The position numbers were made by a program, and so were the translations under genes. Below, in pieces: positions 8,102 through 17,414 of a stretch of 52,952 nucleotides of DNA. The stretch's first letter is position 1; every line of letters begins with the position of its first letter. Under the pieces are notes generated by a model that was not told the DNA's origin, made no database searches, and saw only the letters and a list, made by a program, of their open reading frames with translations. The DNA is from Candidatus Iainarchaeum sp. Lineage in GTDB: Archaea; Iainarchaeota; Iainarchaeia; Iainarchaeales; JAAZKV01. The DNA is taken from assembly GCA_028691435.1 (NCBI GenBank), contig JAQUZG010000002.1:1-52952 (forward strand), written 5' to 3'.

Positions 8102-9882
8102 AAATAGTAAATAATTATTCAAGATTTTTAGCACATCACCCTTGGACAATTTTATTAGTTGGATTATTGTTGACTGGATTATTTATTTATGGAGCAACTC
8201 TTGTACAAATGGAAAGTATTGATTATAGTAAAGCAATTCCATCAAATTACAAAGAAATAAAAGCATTTAATTTTATTAAAGATGAATTTGGGACAACTGG
8301 TTCAGCATTAACTTTTGTTATAAGGTTAGATGAAGAAAATGGCGAAAGTGAAATTAATGATATTCGAGATGTAAAAGTATTAAATTATATAAATTTGATA
8401 AGTGAAAAATCAAAGAAAATTAGTGGTATTTCAAGTGTATCAAGTTTATCCACACTATTAAAATCAGATAATGCTGGGATACTTCCAAAATCTAATGAAA
8501 AAATAGTTGAATTAATTAATAATGCAAAAGTGATTAACCCACAAACAATTGATGTTGTTAATTCTTTAAATCAAACATCTGGCGGAATAAATCAAATTAA
8601 TACAAGTTTAAATCAAACCACTGGTGGGCTTACACAAATTAGTCAAGGTGTTGATGCAAGTAGTAAAGGAGTAGCCCAAATAAGTGTGGTTTTAGAAAAA
8701 ATTAGTAGTGCTCTTGGACAAGAACAAGATTTTAGTAGTATTAATCAATTAGTTTTACTAACTACTCAATTAGATAGTTTAATTGATGCAAGTGTAAATC
8801 CACTTGATCCAAATTATACTAATATGAAAAGATCGGTTGCTATAATTAAAGCTGGGTTAGAGCAGACTTATATGGGATTAGAAGAATCAAGTGCTGGGCT
8901 TAAAACAACATCAAATATACTTGATCAAAGTTCAACAGCATTAGATAAAATATCAACTGGTTTAAATCAAGCAAATGATGGCACAAAACAAATTATTCAA
9001 TATAATGAGAAAATGAGTTTAGGATTAATGAATATAAACCAAGGACTAAATGGAATTAGTCAATATATTTCATTTACTTCTGCAGAATATACACCAGGTA
9101 AAAAAACAATCATCAATCAATATCCAGGTTATTTATCAACTGACTATTCAACAACAATAATTAGATTAAATTTAGATTCGATGAGTAAAACTGAAGAAAT
9201 TGAATTAGTTAATGAACTTGATCAAATTTTAAATGAAACAGTTGTTCCAAATGGAATAACAAGTGGATACACAGGAAGTATAAAGTTAAGTGAAGAAATG
9301 CAAAATTCAATTGGCCCAACAATGACTTCAACATCAATAATTTCAATTGCCTTAATTTTAATTATTGTATCAATTTTATTTTTTTCCTTAAGAAAAGGGA
9401 TAATTTCTTTATTTGCAATTATTTTTGGAACAATATGGACTTTTGGAATAATGGGATTAACTGGGTCGCCAATTAATTCAATTATGTCAGGTGCTCTTTC
9501 AATGATAATGGGAATTGGAATTGATTTTGGAATACAGATTGTTAATAGATTTAATCAAGAAAAATTAAAAAATAATACTGAAGAAGCAATGATTAATACA
9601 ATAAAAAATACTTGGTCACAAATGTTAATTACAACTCTTGCTGCTTTAATTGGATTTAGAGCAATGAGTATGGGCGAAATAACAATAATTGCAGATCTAG
9701 GAAATATGATGGGCCTTGGAGTACTTTCGTGTTATTTAATTGCAATGACTATAATTCCTGCAATACTTGTATTAAATGATAAAATTACATTAGAAAACAT
9801 AAGAAAAATTGTACATCAAGATAAGTCAGACAATACAACAAATGTAAAACAAAAAAATAAAAAAGTTAAATTAAAAAAATAA
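8098..9882 (+). CDS. RND/MMPL-family transporter, half-size subunit 2 with xxxLxxG heptad insertion
   Basis: Same topology as subunit 1, with GIGIDFGIQIVNRF and TTLAALIGF motifs; the loop carries LNQTSGGINQINTSLNQTTGGLTQ-type heptads; ATGA overlap with the upstream gene. Confidence 0.85.
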   Translation: MKIVNNYSRFLAHHPWTILLVGLLLTGLFIYGATLVQMESIDYSKAIPSNYKEIKAFNFIKDEFGTTGSALTFVIRLDEENGESEINDIRDVKVLNYINLISEKSKKISGISSVSSLSTLLKSDNAGILPKSNEKIVELINNAKVINPQTIDVVNSLNQTSGGINQINTSLNQTTGGLTQISQGVDASSKGVAQISVVLEKISSALGQEQDFSSINQLVLLTTQLDSLIDASVNPLDPNYTNMKRSVAIIKAGLEQTYMGLEESSAGLKTTSNILDQSSTALDKISTGLNQANDGTKQIIQYNEKMSLGLMNINQGLNGISQYISFTSAEYTPGKKTIINQYPGYLSTDYSTTIIRLNLDSMSKTEEIELVNELDQILNETVVPNGITSGYTGSIKLSEEMQNSIGPTMTSTSIISIALILIIVSILFFSLRKGIISLFAIIFGTIWTFGIMGLTGSPINSIMSGALSMIMGIGIDFGIQIVNRFNQEKLKNNTEEAMINTIKNTWSQMLITTLAALIGFRAMSMGEITIIADLGNMMGLGVLSCYLIAMTIIPAILVLNDKITLENIRKIVHQDKSDNTTNVKQKNKKVKLKK

Positions 9883-9918
9883 TTAATTATAATTTAAACT
9901 AGATTAAAATAAATAAAC

Positions 9919-10422
9919 TTATTTTTTATTTTTGTTAAAGTCTTTTCCAAAATATTCAATAAACTTTGTTGTAGTTGATAAAACAAATGTTTTTCCTTTT
10001 CTATCTTTTTTTATAAATCCATTTTCAAATAAAACTTTTAAGTGATCATATGCTTTATTGTTTCTATATTTGATTACTAGTGATTGTTCAATTGGTTGTT
10101 TATATGCAATTAGTGCAAGTGTTTTCATTGTGCCTTGATTAAATAAAGAATTTTTTGCATAATGAGAAACTTTATCTTCATACTCTTCTTTTACACGCAT
10201 TTGATAACCTATGCTTGATTCAACTATTTCAAGAGAAGATTTTCGATTATTATAAAAGTGCATTAATTCATCCATCAAGGATTTTGTTTCTACTCTTGTT
10301 TCAATTTCTGCAATTTCTTTTAGTTCATCTAATGAAACTGGTTTAGGAGACATGAATAAAGTAGCTTCCATAACTTTTTCTTTTTCTATTCGATCCAAAA
10401 TATCACAATATAAAAAGAACAA
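9919..10422 (-). CDS. scpB: SMC-Scp complex subunit ScpB
   Basis: EATLFMSPKPVS, GYQMRVK, TLALIAYKQPI, TTTKFIEYFG motifs. The real start is probably TTG at 10398, after GTGA. Confidence 0.9.
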   Translation of the reverse strand: MFFLYCDILDRIEKEKVMEATLFMSPKPVSLDELKEIAEIETRVETKSLMDELMHFYNNRKSSLEIVESSIGYQMRVKEEYEDKVSHYAKNSLFNQGTMKTLALIAYKQPIEQSLVIKYRNNKAYDHLKVLFENGFIKKDRKGKTFVLSTTTKFIEYFGKDFNKNKK

Positions 10423-10556
10423 AAGAGAATTTAAATATTATGATTGGTTTTTTACAATTGACTAAAAAAATATTACAAAAATGAACAAAAAAAATAAAAA
10501 TGGTCATCAAAAAGACTTTTAAACCTTTAAACCCTTATAGTTATAGGTGATAGAAA

Positions 10557-10724
10557 ATGGTATATGAACATAAAAACTCAAAAGGAAACACATATTATTT
10601 ACATGGAAAAGGAAGATTATTTTATTTCGGTAAAGAAAAGAAAGAAAATGCAATAGATTTACCAACAGGTTATCAAGTTGTTGAAAATCCAAGAACAGGA
10701 TTACCAATGCTAAAGAAAAAATAA
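10557..10724 (+). CDS. 55-aa small basic hypothetical protein
   Basis: Below the ORF-track cutoff. ATG 6 nt after an AGGTGA RBS; MVYEHKNSKGNTYYLHGKGRLFYFGKEKKENAIDLPTGYQVVENPRTGLPMLKKK; TATA-like CTTTTAAA upstream. Confidence 0.75.
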   Translation: MVYEHKNSKGNTYYLHGKGRLFYFGKEKKENAIDLPTGYQVVENPRTGLPMLKKK

Positions 10725-10752
10725 ATAGTGAATAAAAAGTTATGGTGAAAAT

Positions 10753-11832
10753 TTGGGCACAAGAGTTTCAAGAAGTAAACCTATTACAAATCCTGAAAGG
10801 CCCCATAAAGAATTATGGCTTTATCTAAATGTTTCAAAAAGAAAACCCATTACAAATCCTGAAAGGTTACTTGGCCCAAAAAAAGAACCAAGAGCTTTAC
10901 TTAATGGTGTTCTTGGTGAAGAATTATTAAGTAGTAATCAAGTGGATAAAAAAAGAAAACTTTTGCCATTAAGATTTACTGATCGTGAAAGAGCACAACA
11001 TTTTGATTCACGATATGGTAATCACCATAAATCAAAAAAAGGACAAGTAACTGTTCCAATTGCAAATATAATTTTTGAAAAAACTTTGAAAAAAGCTGGA
11101 ATGAATTTAAAAATTCCAAAAAGAATATCAAAAGGAATAGACAAATTAGAAGCACAAGGCATTAGAAGAAAATTACCATTAAAAAATATTAGACTAAGAC
11201 AAGCTTTGTTTTTAGATAAACTTGCTGCAGAAAGTGCAGATTATTTTATTGAACGATTAAAGTCACTTGAACTATTATATGATATGGCAAAACTTGAAAA
11301 AATAAATGTTGAAAAATTAAATCCAATTCAAATAGAAAAAGAATTTTGGGAAAAAGAATTTAATAGAATTATTAGATTATTTGAAAAAAGACACCCCGCG
11401 GGGCCAGAAATATTAAGAATAAGAAGATTAATTTCTCTTTTTACAAGAGTACCAAATAGAATTCATGAAGAAAGAGCAAGACATTGGAAATCAATAAGCC
11501 GTATTGAAAAACATATAAAAGAAGGAGAACTAAATCCAGATAAAAATCTTAGCGATGAAATTAACAATATGCTAAAAGGCCAATATCAACCAAATTCAAA
11601 ATTATCAAGAGATAGTTATGTTAGAAATAAAGTAATTGATATTTCAATGGCCGCATCTATTTATGCTGATTTAATGACCGAACATAAAGGAAAATTTATT
11701 TATAATCCTAATGAAAGAGAACGAATGTGGGATCATATGTATAGTGAAGCAATGGAAAAAATTTATCAACAAATTAGTGAAAGAGAAGATTTAGTTAAAG
11801 GTGTTATTAAATATTCGATTGGAAGAGAATAA
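10753..11832 (+). CDS. Orphan Arg/Lys-rich hypothetical protein
   Basis: 359-aa ORF with a TTG start after GGTGA; duplicated KPITNPER motif; no family recognised. Confidence 0.7.
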   Translation: MGTRVSRSKPITNPERPHKELWLYLNVSKRKPITNPERLLGPKKEPRALLNGVLGEELLSSNQVDKKRKLLPLRFTDRERAQHFDSRYGNHHKSKKGQVTVPIANIIFEKTLKKAGMNLKIPKRISKGIDKLEAQGIRRKLPLKNIRLRQALFLDKLAAESADYFIERLKSLELLYDMAKLEKINVEKLNPIQIEKEFWEKEFNRIIRLFEKRHPAGPEILRIRRLISLFTRVPNRIHEERARHWKSISRIEKHIKEGELNPDKNLSDEINNMLKGQYQPNSKLSRDSYVRNKVIDISMAASIYADLMTEHKGKFIYNPNERERMWDHMYSEAMEKIYQQISEREDLVKGVIKYSIGRE

Positions 11833-11891
11833 AACCAATTTTAAGAAACTATTTTAAAGAGTTATTCACTAATTTTAGTAAAGGTGGTTAT

Positions 11892-13271
11892 ATGGCAGAG
11901 GAAAAAAAGAGTGAATATGATAAACTATTTTTAAAGAAAAAAAGTGCGTATGAGATTTTTAATGAAAAAGAAATTAAAGAAGCATTTTCTATTAGTGAAG
12001 ATTACAAGACTTTTTTAGACAATAATAAAAGCGAGCGAGAAATAGTTAAATACACTGAAAATTTAGCTAAGAAAAATGGTTTTATATCAATTGAAAAAGC
12101 TACAAAAAAATCAAATAAAATTTATGCCATAAATCATGAAAAAAATATTATTTTAGTTGATTTAGAAAAAGGAAAAATAGAAGATGGATTAAGAATTATT
12201 GGCAGTCACATTGATTCAGTAAGACTTGATTTAAAATTAAATCCAATTTATGAAAGCGAACCTTTTGCAATGATTAATTTAAGATATTATGGTGGAATAA
12301 AAAAATACCAATGGTTAAACGAACCATTAGCACTCCACGGAGTAATTTTTGACAAAAATGGAAATAAAAAAGAAATTACAATTGGAGAAAATATTGATGA
12401 ACCAGTTTTTGTAATTAGTGATTTGTTACCACATCTTGAAGGAAAAGAATATGCATCAAAAACTGCATTAGATATTATTCAAGGAGAACAATTAGATGCA
12501 ATTGGAGCAAATATGCCAATAAATGACAAATTATTAAAAGAAAAAATCAAAGGAAATTTTTTAAAAATTTTAAACGACAAATACAAGATTAGCGAAGAAG
12601 ATTTTGTTAGTGCAGATTTATCACTCTACCCAGCAGTTAAAGCAAGAGATGTTGGAATTGATTGTTCAATGATTGGAGCGGCTGCACATGATGATAGAGT
12701 TTGTGCATACAGTGCAGTAAAATCAATAATTGATGGAACAAAGAAAAATGGATTAGTAATATTGACTAGTAATGAAGAAGTTGGAAGTAGAGGAAATATT
12801 GGAGCAGATTCAAAATTCCTTGAAAACACTATTTCAAAAATAATTGAATTAAAAGAAGAAAAAATTAGTGCTCTTGAATTACTTGAAAAATCAATTGCTA
12901 TTAGCGGCGATGTTACAAGTGGACTTGATCCTAAATATGCAGACAAAATGGATCCATATAATTTGAATAAATTAAGTTATGGAATAGCAATTGAAAAAAA
13001 TATTGCTTCTCCAACTAGTACAGCATCTGCAGAATACATGCAATTTATTAGACAAATGCTTGATAAGAAAAATATCCCTTGGCAATATGGAGAACTAGGA
13101 AAAGTTGACCAAGCAGGCGGAGGAACAATTGCATATTTACTTGCTAGATATAATATGGATATTGTTGATGCTGGACCGCCAGTTATAGCAATGCATTCAC
13201 CATTTGAAATAATAAGCAAAGTTGATTTATATGCAACTTACAAAGCTTATAAAGAATTCATGGATAATTAG
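11892..13271 (+). CDS. M18-family aminopeptidase
   Basis: Metal-ligand motifs GSHIDS, AAHDDRVC, NEEVGS, GDVT, AMHSPFE; YYGGIKKYQW. Confidence 0.9.
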   Translation: MAEEKKSEYDKLFLKKKSAYEIFNEKEIKEAFSISEDYKTFLDNNKSEREIVKYTENLAKKNGFISIEKATKKSNKIYAINHEKNIILVDLEKGKIEDGLRIIGSHIDSVRLDLKLNPIYESEPFAMINLRYYGGIKKYQWLNEPLALHGVIFDKNGNKKEITIGENIDEPVFVISDLLPHLEGKEYASKTALDIIQGEQLDAIGANMPINDKLLKEKIKGNFLKILNDKYKISEEDFVSADLSLYPAVKARDVGIDCSMIGAAAHDDRVCAYSAVKSIIDGTKKNGLVILTSNEEVGSRGNIGADSKFLENTISKIIELKEEKISALELLEKSIAISGDVTSGLDPKYADKMDPYNLNKLSYGIAIEKNIASPTSTASAEYMQFIRQMLDKKNIPWQYGELGKVDQAGGGTIAYLLARYNMDIVDAGPPVIAMHSPFEIISKVDLYATYKAYKEFMDN

Positions 13272-13274
13272 ACA

Positions 13275-14312
13275 ATGGTGCAAAAAATGTTTAACAAGGT
13301 TGATTCAGTCATTATGATTAATTATCATAATTACTGGAAAAATCCATTTGTTAATAAGTATTTAGAAAATAATATTTCTGACAAATTTGAAGGAATGCTA
13401 ATTTTAAAGGAAAAAGAAATTATTTGGTTAAGTCACCCATTTAACTATCAACAAATAAAAAAAGATTTTGCTAAGATTTCTAAAATCAATGGGAAAAAAT
13501 TAACAATAATTAATGCAAATAGCAAGAAAATAATTGATGAAAATTTGATTAAATTTACGGGTAAAAAAATTGGTTTTCATTTTAGATACACTACAGTTAG
13601 TCAATTAAAAAATTTGAAGAAATTACTTAAAGGAAAAAAGTTTATTGATGTTTCTATTGATTTAGAAAAAGAAAGAGAAATAAAAACAGAAAATGAAATT
13701 AAGAATATTTCAATTGCAGTTAAAAAAACACAAAAAATAATTGATGAAATTAAAGATAAAAAACTTTGTGAAAAGCAAAGCGAAAAAGAAATAGAAGAAT
13801 ATGTTAAAAAAAGATTTAATCAAGAAAAAATGGAAACAGCTTTTTGTATAATAGCTCTTGGAAAAAATACAACAAATATTCATCATGTTAATTGCGAAAA
13901 TAAAATTTCTTCTGGTCCTGTTTTAATTGATATTGGCGGAAAATACAAAGGGTATTGTTCAGATTTAAGTGAATCATTTTGGATAGGAAAAAAAGATGAA
14001 AAATATACTGCTTGGAAAAAAAGACATTATTTGATTCACCAAAAAATTAAAGAAATTGAAACAAAATTAAAAAATGGAACAAGTGTAAAAGAATTGTGGA
14101 ACCTAGTTAAAGATTTAGAAATGAATCACTGTGTAGGACATGGAATTGGAATAGAAGAACATGATGCACCTAGTGGCATTGGACCAAAAAGTGACTTTTT
14201 ATTAAAAGAAAATATGGTTCTTGCAATTGAAATTGGACTATACAAAGATTTTGGAATAAGAATAGAAAACGATTACTTGATAACTAAAAAAGGATTTAAA
14301 AAATTAAATTAA
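13275..14312 (+). CDS. M24-family Xaa-Pro peptidase
   Basis: LIDIGGKYKGYCSDLS, HCVGHGIGIEEHD, LAIEIGLY, GIRIENDYLIT; all five metal ligands present. Confidence 0.85.
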   Translation: MVQKMFNKVDSVIMINYHNYWKNPFVNKYLENNISDKFEGMLILKEKEIIWLSHPFNYQQIKKDFAKISKINGKKLTIINANSKKIIDENLIKFTGKKIGFHFRYTTVSQLKNLKKLLKGKKFIDVSIDLEKEREIKTENEIKNISIAVKKTQKIIDEIKDKKLCEKQSEKEIEEYVKKRFNQEKMETAFCIIALGKNTTNIHHVNCENKISSGPVLIDIGGKYKGYCSDLSESFWIGKKDEKYTAWKKRHYLIHQKIKEIETKLKNGTSVKELWNLVKDLEMNHCVGHGIGIEEHDAPSGIGPKSDFLLKENMVLAIEIGLYKDFGIRIENDYLITKKGFKKLN

Positions 14313-14346
14313 TAAAATTTAAATATGATAAAAAACAAATATTATT

Positions 14347-14808
14347 ATGAATAAGCCAATTAGACCAAAAGGAAGACATTCAAGAACATTAATCAAAGAA
14401 TTAAATAGAGAACGAAGAAAAAGAAGAACAGATTTTAAAAGAGGAACTGCAATTGGAACAACTATTTCTGCAATGGTTTATTTAGTCCAACCAAAATTAT
14501 TAGAAAACTTATTAAAAAATCCAACAATAAAGAATGCAATTTCCTCTCTTGTTTTACTTGCCCCACCAGTTGCAGGAGTAACAACAACATATCTAGATTC
14601 AACAATTAGAAAACGAATAAAAGAATTATATACAGATATTTTTCATTCTCTAAAAAAAGAAGTTAAATCAAATAAAAATTTAGAAACATTTTTGAAAAAA
14701 TATAATTATATTATAATAACTTATAAAGGAAAAATCGCAGGAACAAATATGCCAAGAATTTTAGGAATTGGAAAAAGAAGAATTAAAACAAGCGAATTAT
14801 TAAACTAA
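14347..14808 (+). CDS. Orphan basic protein with a hydrophobic hairpin
   Basis: Arg-rich N-terminus followed by two moderately hydrophobic segments; no family recognised. Confidence 0.65.
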   Translation: MNKPIRPKGRHSRTLIKELNRERRKRRTDFKRGTAIGTTISAMVYLVQPKLLENLLKNPTIKNAISSLVLLAPPVAGVTTTYLDSTIRKRIKELYTDIFHSLKKEVKSNKNLETFLKKYNYIIITYKGKIAGTNMPRILGIGKRRIKTSELLN

Positions 14809-14877
14809 TTTAAAAGATAAAATTTAAACTTTTTTAAAATAAAACAATTTATAATGTTTTTTTATTAAATCTATTTT

Positions 14878-15624
14878 ATGAAATTTGAAGATTTTAAATC
14901 AAAATTACAAAGTGGTTTAAATAATCAAGATTTAATTATAATCATTGGAGAATGTTATGTTGAGTATATTGGTAGAGCCACTTCCAAATTACCAAGAGGA
15001 AAAAGACTAATCATAATTAAAGCAGATAAGAGTATAAGTATTCACGAAAATCGACTTGTTAGGCCAACTAACTATATGATGGATTCTTTAATTTCTTGTC
15101 AACTACTCGAAGATGGCGAGATACAATTACTTGCAAAACGATTAAAACCAAAAGAAAGTATCACAATCCATTTACATGAAATAGAAAGTATAACTAATTA
15201 TTCTCTTCCAATAAGTAATGATTTAAGATTAAGCGGAAGTGAAAAAGAATTAAACGATGCTTTAATGGATGATTTATCTTTCCTTGAAGAAGGACTTAGA
15301 CCAGTTAACCAACAACAAGTATTTAGAAAAGGAATTTGCGATATAATTGCAGAGGATAAAAATGGAAACCTAGTTGTAATTGAATTAAAAAGAAGAAAAG
15401 CAGATTTGTCTTGCGTTACACAATTAAAGATGTATGTAGAACAAGTATCAAACTTAAAGAATATAAAAACAAGAGGAATTTTATTAGCCCCAGAAATTAG
15501 AAAAAGTGCACTTGAATTACTTGAAGGTTATGGCCTTGAATATTTTTCTTATGATTTTGAAATCAAAGAAAGAAGCGAAATTAAAGGAATTGGAAAATCT
15601 CAGAAAAAATTATTTGAATATTAA
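14878..15624 (+). CDS. nucS: Mismatch-specific endonuclease NucS/EndoMS
   Basis: CYVEYIGRATSKL, IIIKADKSISIH, RPTNY; PD-(D/E)xK core DIIAED...VVIELKR; C-terminal QKKLFEY. Confidence 0.93.
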   Translation: MKFEDFKSKLQSGLNNQDLIIIIGECYVEYIGRATSKLPRGKRLIIIKADKSISIHENRLVRPTNYMMDSLISCQLLEDGEIQLLAKRLKPKESITIHLHEIESITNYSLPISNDLRLSGSEKELNDALMDDLSFLEEGLRPVNQQQVFRKGICDIIAEDKNGNLVVIELKRRKADLSCVTQLKMYVEQVSNLKNIKTRGILLAPEIRKSALELLEGYGLEYFSYDFEIKERSEIKGIGKSQKKLFEY

Positions 15625-15626
15625 TT

Positions 15627-16787
15627 TCATTCTTCACAAATTTCAATTACATCAAGTTGTTTACAAAAACAAGGTTTTAGAAGAATCATTGAAAGTGAAG
15701 GAGTTGTTCTTTCTTCATCTCCGCTAATAAATTCTTTTACATAAGTTCCATGACTTGTCCTTAAATTTAATTTGAATTCTTTGTTTGAGATAAATTGATA
15801 AGAAAGAAAAGTAATTTCTTTTTCCCTATTTAAGTCAGCTCTTCTTTTTTCTACCCTAACAGGAGTTCTTTGAATAATTTTTTCTTTTCGATTTAAATTT
15901 AGATCTAAAATTAATGAAATTTGTTTAATGTCAAATTCATCATTTTGATTTATCAAAGCAACAGTTACTTGATAGATTTTATCATGAGGATTATTTTTTA
16001 CTTTGATTAATTCTTCTTTAGTGGAATATCTTAAAGAATTAATTGAAATTAAGCTAGAAGATGAAAAATTAATTTCATTTTCTAAATTAATTAAATTTGA
16101 ATCACGCAATTTATTTAAATCAATTAAATTATTAATTTCTAAATTTCTTTTTAATGGTTGAATTAGTTCAACAACAAATGGTCTTCCTTTTCCAAGCATT
16201 AAAACATCAACGTCTTCTCTACCAGCCCCATGAAAAAGCATATTTTTTGCATCAAACTGTTTAATGAAAAATTTGGCAAGAATTTGCTCGACACTGTTTT
16301 GTGTAGTTAGACCAGATAAAGCACATTTATCACAGCCTCTTCCTTTACAGAATCTACAAAAGTGTTCTGTCTGAGCTAAGTCTCTTGAATACTTACAGTA
16401 TTTTCCATATACAAATACTGGTTTTAGCGATAAAAAAACAGCTTTTTTATCAAAATTTATTAAAAAAGAAGCATCAGGATTGGCAAAATCTATTGATTTT
16501 TGAAAATTGGCTTTAAATTCTTCAATAAGCCTATACTGAATAGATTTTTTCAAATTGTCAATTGATTCTTGACTTAAATTAGGCCAAGATACGGCAATTG
16601 AAAAAGTGTTAAATTGGATGTTTTTTGAAGAGATTAAATTTTTTAAAAAAACCAACAAATTATGTATAAGGTTGTCTTGTTCTTCAATTTTCAAATTTGA
16701 AAAATCATTTAATTGATTTTTTTCAAAAGAAAAATCAAAATCAAATGAATCATAAAATGCTAATTTTTTTGCAACACGCTTAGACAT
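15627..16787 (-). CDS. pus10: tRNA pseudouridine 54/55 synthase Pus10
   Basis: YGKYCKYSRDLAQT, catalytic FHGAGREDVDV, GRPFVVE, QRTPVRV, GTYVKEFISGD. Start moved to the ATG at 16787. Confidence 0.92.
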   Translation of the reverse strand: MSKRVAKKLAFYDSFDFDFSFEKNQLNDFSNLKIEEQDNLIHNLLVFLKNLISSKNIQFNTFSIAVSWPNLSQESIDNLKKSIQYRLIEEFKANFQKSIDFANPDASFLINFDKKAVFLSLKPVFVYGKYCKYSRDLAQTEHFCRFCKGRGCDKCALSGLTTQNSVEQILAKFFIKQFDAKNMLFHGAGREDVDVLMLGKGRPFVVELIQPLKRNLEINNLIDLNKLRDSNLINLENEINFSSSSLISINSLRYSTKEELIKVKNNPHDKIYQVTVALINQNDEFDIKQISLILDLNLNRKEKIIQRTPVRVEKRRADLNREKEITFLSYQFISNKEFKLNLRTSHGTYVKEFISGDEERTTPSLSMILLKPCFCKQLDVIEICEE

Positions 16788-16830
16788 AAAAAAATATGAA
16801 AAAATAGAATTAAAAAAGAACTGATTTAAT

Positions 16831-16863
16831 AAAAAAATCAATTGACTAGATTAAACTAGTCAA
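16831..16863 (-). terminator. Hairpin plus U-tract after the 140-aa membrane gene (or a palindromic operator)
   Basis: TTGACTAG-N6-CTAGTCAA perfect 8-bp stem, followed on the minus strand by TTGATTTTTTT. Confidence 0.5.
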
Positions 16864-16884
16864 AATTTTAATTGATTAAATTAA

Positions 16885-17307
16885 TTATTTTGTTATAATC
16901 AATATTTGTTTTATTGCAACTACTAAACCAATTGATCCAGAGAATATACTAATTTGTGTTAAGATTGACGACAAGAATATTCCAATAAATGCTAATTGAC
17001 TTATTTGTAAAAATCCTGCACCAATAACACTTGAAAGAACAGTTAAAGCAACTGTTGCAATAATGAATGCTGTACTTTTGTTTGAAATTTGGTGCATCAA
17101 ACCAATAATTAAACCAAGTGTAATTAACCCAGTAATACTTAAGGCAATTAAACCATCACCAAGCATATTTGGATTAATCGCAATTAAAAGTCCAAGAATT
17201 ACAGCAACTAAAAAACCAACTAAAAAAAGTAAATCCCCCACACTATTAATTGAATTTGTTTTAATTTTTTCACTTGCTAAAAAAGAATTCATTAAAATCA
17301 TCTCCAT
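16885..17307 (-). CDS. Small four-TM membrane protein, unknown function
   Basis: Four hydrophobic segments in 140 aa. Confidence 0.7.
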   Translation of the reverse strand: MEMILMNSFLASEKIKTNSINSVGDLLFLVGFLVAVILGLLIAINPNMLGDGLIALSITGLITLGLIIGLMHQISNKSTAFIIATVALTVLSSVIGAGFLQISQLAFIGIFLSSILTQISIFSGSIGLVVAIKQILIITK

Positions 17308-17414
17308 TTAATTGAATTATTTAAAATATGAGAAACAAAGTAGAATAAATTACTTTGCATACAAAAACAATTAAGAAAAATTAAAAACAATTAAATTAAT
17401 ATTAAATTATTAAT

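Noticed and set aside
8090-8105. Frameshift splitting a single RND gene
   Set aside because: The ATGA overlap with a GAGGGG RBS and a normal start for the second half indicate deliberate translational coupling.
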